A stretch of 64,000 nucleotides of DNA from Lama glama (taxonomy: Eukaryota). This document shows positions 26,275 through 36,850 of the stretch, piece by piece (position 1 is the first letter of the stretch; each line of letters opens with the position of its first letter). Below the pieces are notes generated by a model that saw nothing but the letters and a program-made list of their open reading frames with translations, ran no database searches and was not told the origin of the DNA. The translations under genes and the position numbers were made by a program. Location of the stretch: NCBI GenBank assembly GCA_028534125.1, contig CM052818.1, forward strand, positions 24,802,001 to 24,866,000, read 5' to 3'.

Positions 26275-26405
26275 GGAAGAGTGCCCTCACCAAACATCAG
26301 ATTTACCAGTGCACTGGTCTTAAACTACGCTGCCTCCAGAACTGTGAGAAATAAACTTCTGTTGTATAAGCCAAAAAAACAAAATAAAACAAACCCCACG
26401 ACAAC
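26275..26405 (+). mobile_element. MaLR (MLT1-like) LTR 3' fragment ending in an A-rich tail
   Basis: GCCTCCAGAACTGTGAGAAATAAACTTCTGTTGTATAAGCC is the MaLR polyadenylation region. Confidence 0.8.
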
Positions 26406-27269
26406 AAACTTTTCTAAATGCTTCACATAAAAATTAATAAGCTATGTGTATGATTTTTATAAATATCTCCAGCAATTAACTGAGGTAAAATCTGAGGAAG
26501 ACTCTTGGGAGAGACTGATTCCTATATCCATCTCCTTCCCGCTCTTTGCATTCCTAGTTGGTGCAGTTTCCCTGGGAATTCACAAAACTGCTGTTAAATC
26601 CTCGACCAAGGAGAGCTGGAGACCAGAGAGTAACGAGAGTAGGACCAGCCACAGGTCAGAAAGGAAAGCTCACTGCTGGTTGTGTCCCTTCCCAATTTCC
26701 AAATAGAGCACATGTCGCCATCACAATGTCCTGCTATGGCTAATCTTACTAAAATCAGCCAGAACCCAAGGGACATGGCGAACACTCCCGAGCTTACTAA
26801 CCAACAGAGGAACTACCTTCCTTTATCAGAAATGAGTTCCATGAGCATGGACCTTTTTAGGTTTGTTCACTGCCATAGTCCCAGCACATAGAATAATTAC
26901 GATTTTTGAAAACCATTATTTTTAACTCTGTAAATTCAAACAATGCCAACTTTTGGATCCCAAAGCTTATACACCAGAAGATGTCCAATGACAATATAAG
27001 ATAGACCGGGGGACATACAATCTCTGCAAAATCAAGGGTCAACTCTTCCCCTTATCTGTGGCTAGCAGGCATAAACTTCACTGGCCCTTTGCAGAGTACA
27101 CGTTGGTTAGAGTACATATTCAGAAAATGAATCTAGTTTTTAAGGTTCTATTTCATTCTTTATAATGATGCTTTTATCTAAGTATTTAAAGATACATGGT
27201 GTCAAAAGTAAAATCAGTGTGGTCTGCCTTCTCCATTTGACTTGAAACTCTTAAGTCTTGTTCTTTCCT

Positions 27270-27525
27270 GTACTCCTAGCCCTCCTTAGTCTGTTTTATT
27301 TTTTATAGCACTTTTCACCTTCAAACTCACCACATATCTTATTTAGTATGATGATAATTTCTTTGCTTGCTTCCCTCAGCCCCTAGCTGGGATATAAGTG
27401 CCACAGTGGTATTTTTAAAGACAGAGATATTTATTTTGCTCACTAATGCTTCCCATATACTTAGCTAAAATCATGCCTGGCAAAGAGGTGCTGCTCAATA
27501 CACATCTGTTCAATGAATAAATGTT
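27270..27525 (+). mobile_element. L2 3' end
   Basis: GCCTGGCAAAGAGGTGCTGCTCAATACACATCTGTTCAATGAATAAATG terminus. Confidence 0.7.
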
Positions 27526-27799
27526 ACTTCTATTAGATATGTCATTCTGCCATGCTTACATTAATAAATGGAAATATGAAAACATAAATGCAAAACTGAG
27601 CAAGAACGATAGTTTATCCAACCTTGGTCTGTTTTTGATAGTCACATCAGGGAGTGTTTCATGCGAAATATCATGAGCTTTTGTAACACCAGTTATACAT
27701 TTAGGCAAATAGTTTGTAGAGTTTTAGCCAGGTTTTCCGAAAAACATTTCACCCTGGGGATTTATCTGCATCCAGTTTGAGCATAGTCTAGGATACCCT

Positions 27800-28250
27800 T
27801 TGTTTCAGCTCAGAATGCTTTTATAAGCAGATAATGACAGAAGAGCCACTGTTAGGGGGATTAAACCACAATGTCATTTATTGTTTACTAAACAAGAAAA
27901 AGTAGGCTGTCCCAGAGTGCAACAATGTTATTAAAGATTCAGGTTTTCTCCAAATTACTGCTTCCCCATTCTCAACATGTTGGGGTTTTTTATCTTAATG
28001 CTTGTTGCCTCATGGTTGCAAGATGGCTACCATAGTATAAGGCATCACACCTGCACCCAAGACAGAAAAAAAGAGGAAGATACTACACCACTGAGTTCAC
28101 TGGTATCTGTCCCTTTTACCAGGAAAGCAAAAAGAGGTTCCAGAACACACAGCAGAGATTCATTGGCCAGAAAGAACTAGGTCACATGGCCAACCCAGAG
28201 ATTGCCAGGAAAAGCCAGGAAAAGCAAAGTTCTGGCAAAGAACAGGATTG
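27800..28250. mobile_element. Old MaLR (MLT1K/L-like) LTR
   Basis: CTCATGGTTGCAAGATGGCT and CATTGGCCAGAAAGAACTAGGTCACATGGCCA motifs. Confidence 0.6.
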
Positions 28251-28254
28251 CCTG

Positions 28255-28412
28255 ACAATGGTTCTCTACCCTAGTGAGGGATTTTTAAATTGCTAATTCC
28301 TAGGTCCCACTTCAGACCCATTAAATCAGAATCATGGAGGAGGAGCAGGAGTCTGTATTTTTTTAAAGCCACGCAGGTGATGGTCAAGTGCAGGCAGGGA
28401 TGAGGACCACAG
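28255..28412. mobile_element. MER5-like MITE
   Basis: CAATGGTTCTCTACCCT...AAATCAGAATC...GATGAGGACCAC. Confidence 0.65.
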
Positions 28413-28736
28413 ACTGGACCACTCAAGAGTCATTGCTACGATCAGCCACATCGTCCCCCTGAGTGAAATTTGTCTTTTGTTTAAAAGGGAAGAAGTAAAG
28501 GATTATGGGTTAGGAAAGCAAATAGCATTAACCACATCCCCTAACTTATTATTACTACAACACTGCTTGAAAAGACTCATTCTGTTGTTCATTCTCACAT
28601 TCGTTCAGAATTTATTAAGCATCCTCTAAGTGTTAGGCACCAGGGACAGAAGATGAGTAAGTTCTTAATTTAGAGACTAATGAGGGAGATAGATAAACAT
28701 GTAAGAAAAAAAGTCCACCAAAATCCATTATGATAG

Positions 28737-28915
28737 GTTTTGGGGAGAGGAGGAAACAGGGAGTGGTTCAGTTTTACAAGATGAAAAACTTCTGGAGATC
28801 TGTTCCACAACAACGTGAATATCGTTACTACCAAACTATACACTTAGAGATGGTTAAGATGGTAAATTTTATTTTATGTGACTTTTATCACAACTTAAAA
28901 AACGAAAACAAAACA
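28737..28915 (+). mobile_element. L1MB-like 3' end
   Basis: CAAGATGAAAAACTTCTGGAGATC...ATGGTTAAGATGGTAAATTTTA; decayed TSD CCA(T/A)TATG(A/G)TA. Confidence 0.75.
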
Positions 28916-31900
28916 AAAACCAATATGGTAAATCCTAGCAGAGGAATAAGAGCAAAGGGCTATGGGAGAACAAAGGGTTTTTCACCACTTACCAAAATCT
29001 TTGGAAGTGAATAATCACCCAACTATCCTTTTCAGTAACCATCTGTCTCTACTCTTCAGTTTCATTCTTTATGACTTGATCTTGGGACACCTGTCTTGCT
29101 CAGAATGTGATTAACAAATGGTAAACAGCAAAAGCTACACGCTGGGCCACCCAGAAGACACCTTAATGGGAAAGGGATCAGGAGACTGGAAACCCGGAAC
29201 ATCAGACCAGGGGACTTGAAGTCTCAAAGTGCTTCAAAGGGTTGAGCACCTGAGTTTTTCAGCCTTCTTTATAAACAGACCAGTATCCCACTAATGATCC
29301 CATTCATATATGTGAAGACGTTTAAGGCTTTTCTTAACCTTCCTTCATTTCATTTCTTAACTTTCCTTCATTCAAATTTCATCTCCTTCTACCCTTCCAC
29401 GTAAGGAAGTTTTTCCTCAGTTTTTCCTCTAAACTTCTCTACTTTTACATCCATATCAAAAATAAAATTATTCTAATAAATGACAGAAAATACTATTAAA
29501 AAATTGTTAATAAATATACAGTTTGGAGTCAGTTTGGGGTCCACTTTTAGTATTTACCTTGTAACAGCTAAATTTGGATTAAAATTGTGCCTAGCCAGTC
29601 TTTCCTCATTTTTCCCTTGCATATGCCTCCATCAGATTTATCTTATTATTGAGAGTTTTTTCCTCAAGTTTTTGAATATCTCTTTGACAGCATCTGGGTA
29701 GAGAGCTAACTATAATTTAAAGAAAAGCAAGGAATTTCCAAATCAAATTAGCACCTAGCATTGTTTTCGAGTTATACATATGAATGCTTTTAATTCTATG
29801 CATACCCATTTTGTAATAGCAAATGCCATTACTTACCATTCCTGGGCCATACATTTAAAACACATGGGTGTCAAATTTACCTGGAATTGTTTGGATTAAC
29901 AATGGTTCCCAATATTTGTTGTAGCTCTCTACATCTTCCAGCTCCCTTCACTGAGTGCTCAGTATCAAAGCTGCCTTCAAGGAAATCCAACTCTCCAAAA
30001 CTATGACTGCTGTACACAGCCCACAAAAAGACTCAGGGTTTGTAACAGCATTTCCCCCCTCCCACAACACACACAGTCTTTCACAACTTTAGGAACTTGT
30101 TCTTTAAAGGATCGAAGTTCACCGCCCAAGTCAAAAAGAATGCTTCCAGTTTAATGAGTGTTGTGTACTCCAAAAGTCAAAGAAGTCTAGAAAATCTGTG
30201 CTCTAATCTACTTGCAGTGTAGACAGCTGACACAAGATCCAGGACAAGCTACGTACAATGTCCAGATAACAAATTTGAACAATTCTGATTAATTTAATTA
30301 AAGAATCATCACTTTTCAACAAAAAGAAAAACAGAAATCTATGAATACATAATAAAGTAAGTTGCTTGTTCCACAGTCCATTTTCAACTCTTCAGGCCAA
30401 CAAGGGGAGAGAAGCTGACTGAATTAAGCCAACATTCTAATAAAACCTCCAGATTCTACTCTGCCAAATACCATTAACATTAAAACACGGTGCTCTATAT
30501 GTATCTTTGAGGAAATAAAATCTGTCCCTTGGTTGTTTTTGTTTATTTGCAGATCATACCTGCTTGAATTTTAAGGGGATTTCTTTTTTCAATTACCACT
30601 GATGAAACAGGCAAAATAAATGGTCAACTTCTAGAAAGCAGTACGACTTAACAGGAAAATGAAAGGGGGAAATATAAAAATATGGGGATCCCAGATAGTC
30701 TTGGACATTTGGGGGCTTTCTTTGGACTAAGAAATAGAAAAAACCCCTAAAGGAGAGTAATTCATAGTAAATACACACAGCAGCACAGCACAAGAAAAGG
30801 AACGTTACAACAGCAGCCTGCGTGAGGCGCACGTACCTGCCAGAAGGAAATGGCTTTATTTTATTTAGGCAATATAGTTCATTCAAGTGAACTGAAGAAA
30901 GCTGTAGATTCAGCCGTTCATTCAGTCAGCAAATATGTCAAAGAAATAATTCCTATACTCTCTTCTAACTGGGATATTATAAGGGTCTATCATATAAATG
31001 TGGTTTTATGGGCTCAAAATACATTTAAACAAATGAAATCACATCAACTACCCTAGTGTTTTGAAATATGCATTAAACACACGGCATGCTTTTCTAAAAA
31101 AGCACTGAATATACTAGGTTTTATTTGTACATCAAAATAATAATTTCATGCTCTGCATAACAAAAGGAAGATATTACCTATAAAAGAACTGTCTCTCTAG
31201 ATCAACGCACGGTGTTGAATTTTGATGCTACATTAGAACTACAGTGCTATAAAAAGTAATGAATAAATTATGTTTTACAGGCAGTATTTACATACGCAAT
31301 GCAATACTTTTCTGCTAAATTTTCTTTTTTGACTTGTACATGCAAAGAAGCGTCATTCAAGATGATTACTGTGTGCATGTAAGTGGTTTAAACGATCAGT
31401 ATGTGACCAATAGCTTTTTCCCAAATTGCTTTTATAATCACATACAAATATGTTGGCTCCTCTTTCACAACCTGCACTGACTTGGTTGGAATGTGTGTCT
31501 GACAGGCTTCTGCCTCTGTATGTGAGGGTTTACCACAATGTCACAATTTCACTGAATTTAAAAAACTGATAAAATCCTGCTTTCTGTAAGTTACTATGCT
31601 GGATTCTGTGAGCAGAAGTTCATCATACTTCCACGGTGCTTACAAACTACTTATCTACTGTGGAGAGGTGGGCTTTCAAAGACAAAGAAGTTCCCAACTT
31701 GGCAAAGATGCTGAAAGGGAGATGAGAAGCCAAAAACACAACAATTGCTCACTCAACTTCAGAATTAGTTCATTTGCTCAACCTCATTTACTAAGTGCCT
31801 ACTATATGCCAAGACCAGTGGCTTTCCTTTCCTTCCCACACATCACACTATATTATCATCCTTTATATGTCTCTCTCAGCAATCCAACGCCATCACATCA

Positions 31901-31924
31901 CCTTCCATTACACTGAAAGTTTCT

Positions 31925-32049
31925 CAGGAGTAGGGGTATAGCTCAGTGATGGAGTGCCTGCTTAGCATGCAGGAGGTCCTAGGTTCAAACAATCCCCAGT
32001 ACCTCCATTAAAAATAAATTAATTAATTAGTTAATTTAAAAAATAATAA
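31925..32049 (+). mobile_element. tRNA-Ala-derived SINE (vic-1-like)
   Basis: A/B boxes, AT-rich tail, and a perfect 13-bp TSD ACTGAAAGTTTCT (31912-31924, 32050-32062). Confidence 0.9.
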
Positions 32050-34124
32050 ACTGAAAGTTTCTGAAAGGCTGGGACATTGTCATATCAATTGACACATTGC
32101 CATGGACTCAATATTTATGAATGTATAAATAAATGATAAAGGTATAACATATTATGTAGTAAAGGCAGGGAAAGAGCATCACAGGAAACACGGTATTTAG
32201 CTTAGCCTTAAAGAAAGGAAATGAAACAGAAGAGGGTTCCAGACAAAGAGAACAGTATAAGCAAAGGCCTGGGATGGGGGAAAGAGCGGGCATTTTGGAG
32301 AAGTCGGCAGATGAATTGGTTGGCTAATAGCAATGCTTCCTTCCTGGAGAAGGGCCCTGGCTGGCCGCCAACCCCACTCAACTGTACCAGAATACAGGGG
32401 AGAAGGGGTTGGCAAGCCTGACAAATTGGAAAGACTCCCCAAGTCATTCTGAGGAATATTCATGTTTAAGAAACATTATTTTTAAAGTGTATGGGAAGGT
32501 AGAGAGGATGACGAGGAAGGAAGCAGCAGGCCAAGTTGTGAAGAAGTGTATCTTTGGGGTCCTCCTGTGCCCTGAATTTCCTCCATTGGCCTCAGCCCTC
32601 TACCCTTATCCCCACAGCTCACTCCGAAGGCCCCTGCTGATATGGTGGTTATAGCCACTCCTCCCTCCTTCCACTTAGTCACGATTCCCTCCAGGTGAGC
32701 ACACACTGACTGAGAGCCCACCACGCAGCAGCCAGCGCGCTCTCGCAGACGCCCGGGTGAGGGAGGTCATCCCATCCCCAGGAGCTCACAGTCTAAAGCA
32801 CCGCATTCTAATGTAAGTACACACATCAAACACTTTTAAGAACTAAAAGAATTGCCAATTGCACCAAAGCAGGGAGAGATCTTAAAGCAAATAATCTTGC
32901 CCTAATTTCCTAAAACACCCCAATTAAAAGTGTATCTGTTCTAAAATCGCTTCTGCCAACTTCCAACTTCCTACATGCTGAATATGCAATGTTCCAACAG
33001 CAAAATTCAGATGGATATGCTAACCGTCTATAGGGGTCAGTGGTTCTTTTTCAGTAGAGTCAGTTTTTTTAATGAGAAGCAGAAGTGATGGAGGAAAAGG
33101 TATCTGAGTAATGGGGAGAGAGAAATCCAGGCAACTCTCCTCACAGAAAACCAGTCATTTTCTCCTTAAAGTGGCAACTCTCCACCTATCTCATGCCCAG
33201 CATTGTGTGGGAGGCATTGTTGGAAGGTCCCAAGCACGGTGCCAAGGTGAGCAGATGCACTTGACCTCCCCAACTGGAACAAGAGTAGCTCCTGACCCTG
33301 CTGACCAAAAGCTCCTGGAAGGGAAAAGACAACAGAAGAAGGGGATGTAAGAGGAAGACTGGCTCTGCAGGGCTGCAGCCTCAGCTCAGCCGTGGTTCTG
33401 TCGGGGAGAGCACGTTGCCGGCCACCTCTCGGCTGCAGAAGTTCTCCCTTCATCTGCCTCGGGCAGCAGGGCAGGAACCTGGCCCCTGCTCACCTCTTTA
33501 CCTTTAACTCTATCGACTTCAATTGGTTTAATTTATGTTCTAATAATACCTAACTGCTGTTGTGGCCTTCCCCCCCACACACACACACTTGGCATCTGCT
33601 ACTTCTTCCACATAAAACACTACATTGTTACTACAACCCCTTCAACCCCATCCCCATCCCCAACCCTTAATGAGTCATTTAACTCTCACACATCCTTCAT
33701 GGCTCGCTTTGGTTGTGATTTTCTCCACGAAGCACACAAAGTCAATCTCACTATCCAATAAACTCCTTGAAGTCCAGACCCTTGCTGACTCACCTTCAAA
33801 TCACGATTTAGTGTGGCATCTGGCAGAGAGTGGGTGTCCCGTACGTGTTGAACTGAATGGGATCCCTGATGTCTGAGTGCTTACCATCTTGGGTATAGAA
33901 CATAGGAGGTACTATGGAGGTTTGATGGGTCTCCCCAGACAGACTTGAGAGTCAGGAACCCCAAAGTACAGAGAAGGTGGAATGAGCTATGGCAACTGCT
34001 AAGGAAACAAGAACATAAGTCTGGAGGGGAAAAAAATGACTTCACCAAAATGGAAGGGTCTGAGATGTTTTAGGACTGAAGCTTTGAAAAGTTTATGTTT
34101 CCTGATTCCATAAGAATTTTCAGC

Positions 34125-34216
34125 GGGTGGATGGTATAGCTCAACGATAGAGTATGTGCCTAGTGTGAGATCCTGGGTTCAATCCCCAGTACCTCCATTA
34201 ACAACAATGACAAAAA
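34125..34216 (+). mobile_element. tRNA-Ala-derived SINE (vic-1-like)
   Basis: GGTATAGCTCAA...CCTGGGTTCAATCCCCAGTACCTCCA plus A-rich tail; short TSD AAGAATT(T/C)TC. Confidence 0.85.
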
Positions 34217-34576
34217 AGAATTCTCTTAATACTGTCCTAGTGATCATGAGCTGGGGGCTGGGGGTGGCTATCCTGTTATTCACCTTGGTATCCCCTTGTG
34301 AAGGACATGAGAGGCACTCACCAGAGAGATATAAATTTAATAGTTTCTATAAATCTGATTCATAGAACTACAGAGCTAATTTAATGATGTTCATTTTATA
34401 ATATGAATTCTATTCCTCCCAAGTAATATATTCATTGTCATTTTAAAATTCAGAGTTAAGGGGAAAAAAGCCCTTCAAATACTCTTAAGAGAGTCAATCA
34501 AATCAAGTGCCCCAAACTGGATGGCATATGCACTGCCTTGACAGTTAACTTAGTGCAAGAAACGTGACCTGTTTCA

Positions 34577-34661
34577 GGGAGAGTAGAGCTCAGAGGTAAG
34601 GGCATGCTTAGCATGCCCGAGGTCCTGGGTTCAATCCCTAGTACCTCCATTTAAATATGTG

Positions 34662-34707
<46 letters not shown>

Positions 34708-34764
34708 TACACACACACACACATATATAACTAATTAATTAATTGACCTAATTACAAAAAAAAA
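34577..34764 (+). mobile_element. tRNA-Ala-derived SINE with (TA)n(CA)n microsatellite in its tail
   Basis: AGCTCAGAGG...GCTTAGCATGCCCGAGGTCCTGGGTTCAATCCC, microsatellite at ~34657-34728, ACCTAATTAC tail motif. Confidence 0.88.
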
Positions 34765-34962
34765 GCAAGTTTGGAAAATTTCAGCAGAGGTAAAAGCCAA
34801 AAAGAGAACCAAATGGTGATTCTAGATGTGAAATTGCAATAATTAATATTAGGAACTTGAAAGTTATACTTCAAAGCAGACAGAAAGACAGGAAGTGATT
34901 ACAAAAGATACAGGCTAGAAGAAAATATTCAGATGAAAATCAAAGAGAAACAAAAGAATTCT

Positions 34963-35051
34963 GGAGGGTGGATATAGCTCAGTGGTACAGCACATACTAG
35001 CATGTGTGAGACCCTGGGTTCAATCCCCAGTAACTCCATTAAAAAAAAAAA
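34963..35051 (+). mobile_element. tRNA-Ala-derived SINE (vic-1-like)
   Basis: GGAGGGTGGATATAGCTCAGTGG...GGTTCAATCCCCAGTAACTCCA plus poly(A). Confidence 0.88.
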
Positions 35052-35656
35052 GGAACCTATTTAAAAAAAAGAAATGTGATGTGTTTCATGAACATAAAGA
35101 CACTTTGTTGGAGATTGGGAACTTCTGCTCTTGGGCCTGGGAATTCCCAATTTTTGCCCAAGTCTTGGTGAAGTCAGAGCAAGGCTTCCTGTGCGAGGAG
35201 AGCAGTGGGGAGAGGCCAGGGGGAGTTGGGAGGAAAGGAAGAAAGCTCATTATACTAGATATCAAGATGTCTAGGTCCCAGCCTCAGCTGTGCCACAAAC
35301 TCACCGGCCCTTGGCCTCTGGAGGCAACAATTTCCTCTATCTGAACAAGGCAGATGGATTAGATGATATTATATCTCCTTTTTAAAAAATCTTTCATAGT
35401 TTTATTTTTAAAAGTTGTATCAGAGATTTAATTTGTTTTAAAGCTATGCTAATGCTTGATTTTTACTGCTCTTTAGAGTTACAGTCAAAATTAGAAATAA
35501 TAGCACACATTGCTGAGGCCTTCTTATCCAAGTTTCGACTGACTTTATGATGACATGAGTCTTCTCCAAGGTACGAGAGAAGGACCTGTTACTGAGGTAC
35601 CTTGCTTTCCTTATAGTCATTTAAAGTGTAGCATTTACAGACGTTATAGAGAAATC

Positions 35657-35766
35657 TTTGGGGGGGGGCAGTAATTAGGTTTATTCTTGGAGGAGATACT
35701 GGGGATCGAACCCAGGACCTCATGCATGCTAAGCATGTGCTCTACCACTTGAGCTATACCCTCCCC
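35657..35766 (-). mobile_element. tRNA-Ala-derived SINE (vic-1-like), well preserved
   Basis: Reverse complement GGGGAGGGTATAGCTCAAGTGGTAGAGCACATGCTTAGCATGCATGAGGTCCTGGGTTCGATCCCCAG; TSD GAGAAATC. Confidence 0.9.
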
Positions 35767-36319
35767 GAGAAATCATTTTTTAAGTCTTCTAAGTCTTTAT
35801 TTTCCCACCTTAAAAATATGTTTGATTTGAAAATATTTTTGACAAGTTATTCATCTGTTTTATTCGCCAACAATCAGTTGACATAGGATTTCTCATTCAT
35901 TCATACATCTTACTGTGAGCAGAAATCAGTAATCCCATCCACTATCTCACTATGGGAAGAGAATTGTGGTGAAATCCAGTTGGTATTTTAAGCAACGCAT
36001 TAGTTAGTCTCTACGGTCTTTCATATTATGTGTTGCTTCCCTATTGTCATTATTCATTTCTTGAGCACCTTGAGGCTATGAGTATCAGAGGCAAAGGTGT
36101 GTCATGATATCATCTGCTAAGGATCTAACAGATCGGTGGCCGGCTTTATTCTTTCTAGGTGAACTCTGCCACCCTCTATTTATCCCTTTTACATATGCCA
36201 ATTACATCCTTTTTATATATCCCAATCATACATCCTAACTGTATCCCTTCCACCCGTGATTCTAAATAATTCTAGATGCCTAATCAAGGAGGTCTCAAGC
36301 AGTTAACCAAGAAGACCCA

Positions 36320-36850
36320 CAGCCACTGGGGCCGACCCTCCCTCCCGGGACCTTCATGCCCCGGCAGCCTTCGGCGACACCCGGCCCTCCGGCCCCTGCG
36401 GGCCGCCTCCGGGATCGCGGGAACGAGCGGCGCGCGCGCCCGCCCGCGGCCACGTGACCCCGGGCCGCCATGGCGGCGGTGCCCCGAGGACCCCGCTCCG
36501 ATCCTCCAGCGGGCGCCCGCTTCTTCTGCACCGCGGGCCGCGGCTTGGAGCCCTTCCTGACGCGGGAGGTGCGGGCGCGGCTGGCGGCCACGCAGGTGAG
36601 TCGTCCTCGCTGCGATCCCGGGCGGGGAGGAGGGCGGCCCTGCTCCCGCCCCTGCCGGTGCTCCCTCCCCGCCCGGGTGCGTCTCAGACTCGGGAAGGCG
36701 ACGCGAGCCCCGCACCCTCGACCCCGAAGCCACCGAGGCGACGCCGCGGCCCTCGGAGTCCTGCTGGCAGGACCTTCAATTACTGCCGGAAAGAACCGCC
36801 AGTCGTTTTTCCCTACACCTCTGTTACCGCCTGTCTGTCACGGCCCAAGT
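36320..36850. promoter_or_regulatory. CpG island / THUMPD2 promoter and first exon
   Basis: The only strongly GC- and CpG-dense stretch in the window. Contains GCGCGCGCGC (36430-36439), E-box GGCCACGTGACC (36448-36459) and a YY1-like ATGGCGGC at the start codon. Confidence 0.9.
36470..36595 (+). CDS. THUMPD2: THUMPD2 coding exon 1 (MAAVPRGPRSDPPAGARFFCTAGRGLEPFLTREVRARLAATQ)
   Basis: ATG in optimal Kozak context gccgccATGG inside a CpG island; donor CAG|GTGAGT; 126 nt, phase 0. Confidence 0.95.

Noticed and set aside
31925..35766. tRNA-Ala-like sequences as genuine tRNA genes
   Set aside because: They have A-rich tails, TSDs, altered 5' ends and broken stems, so they are SINEs.
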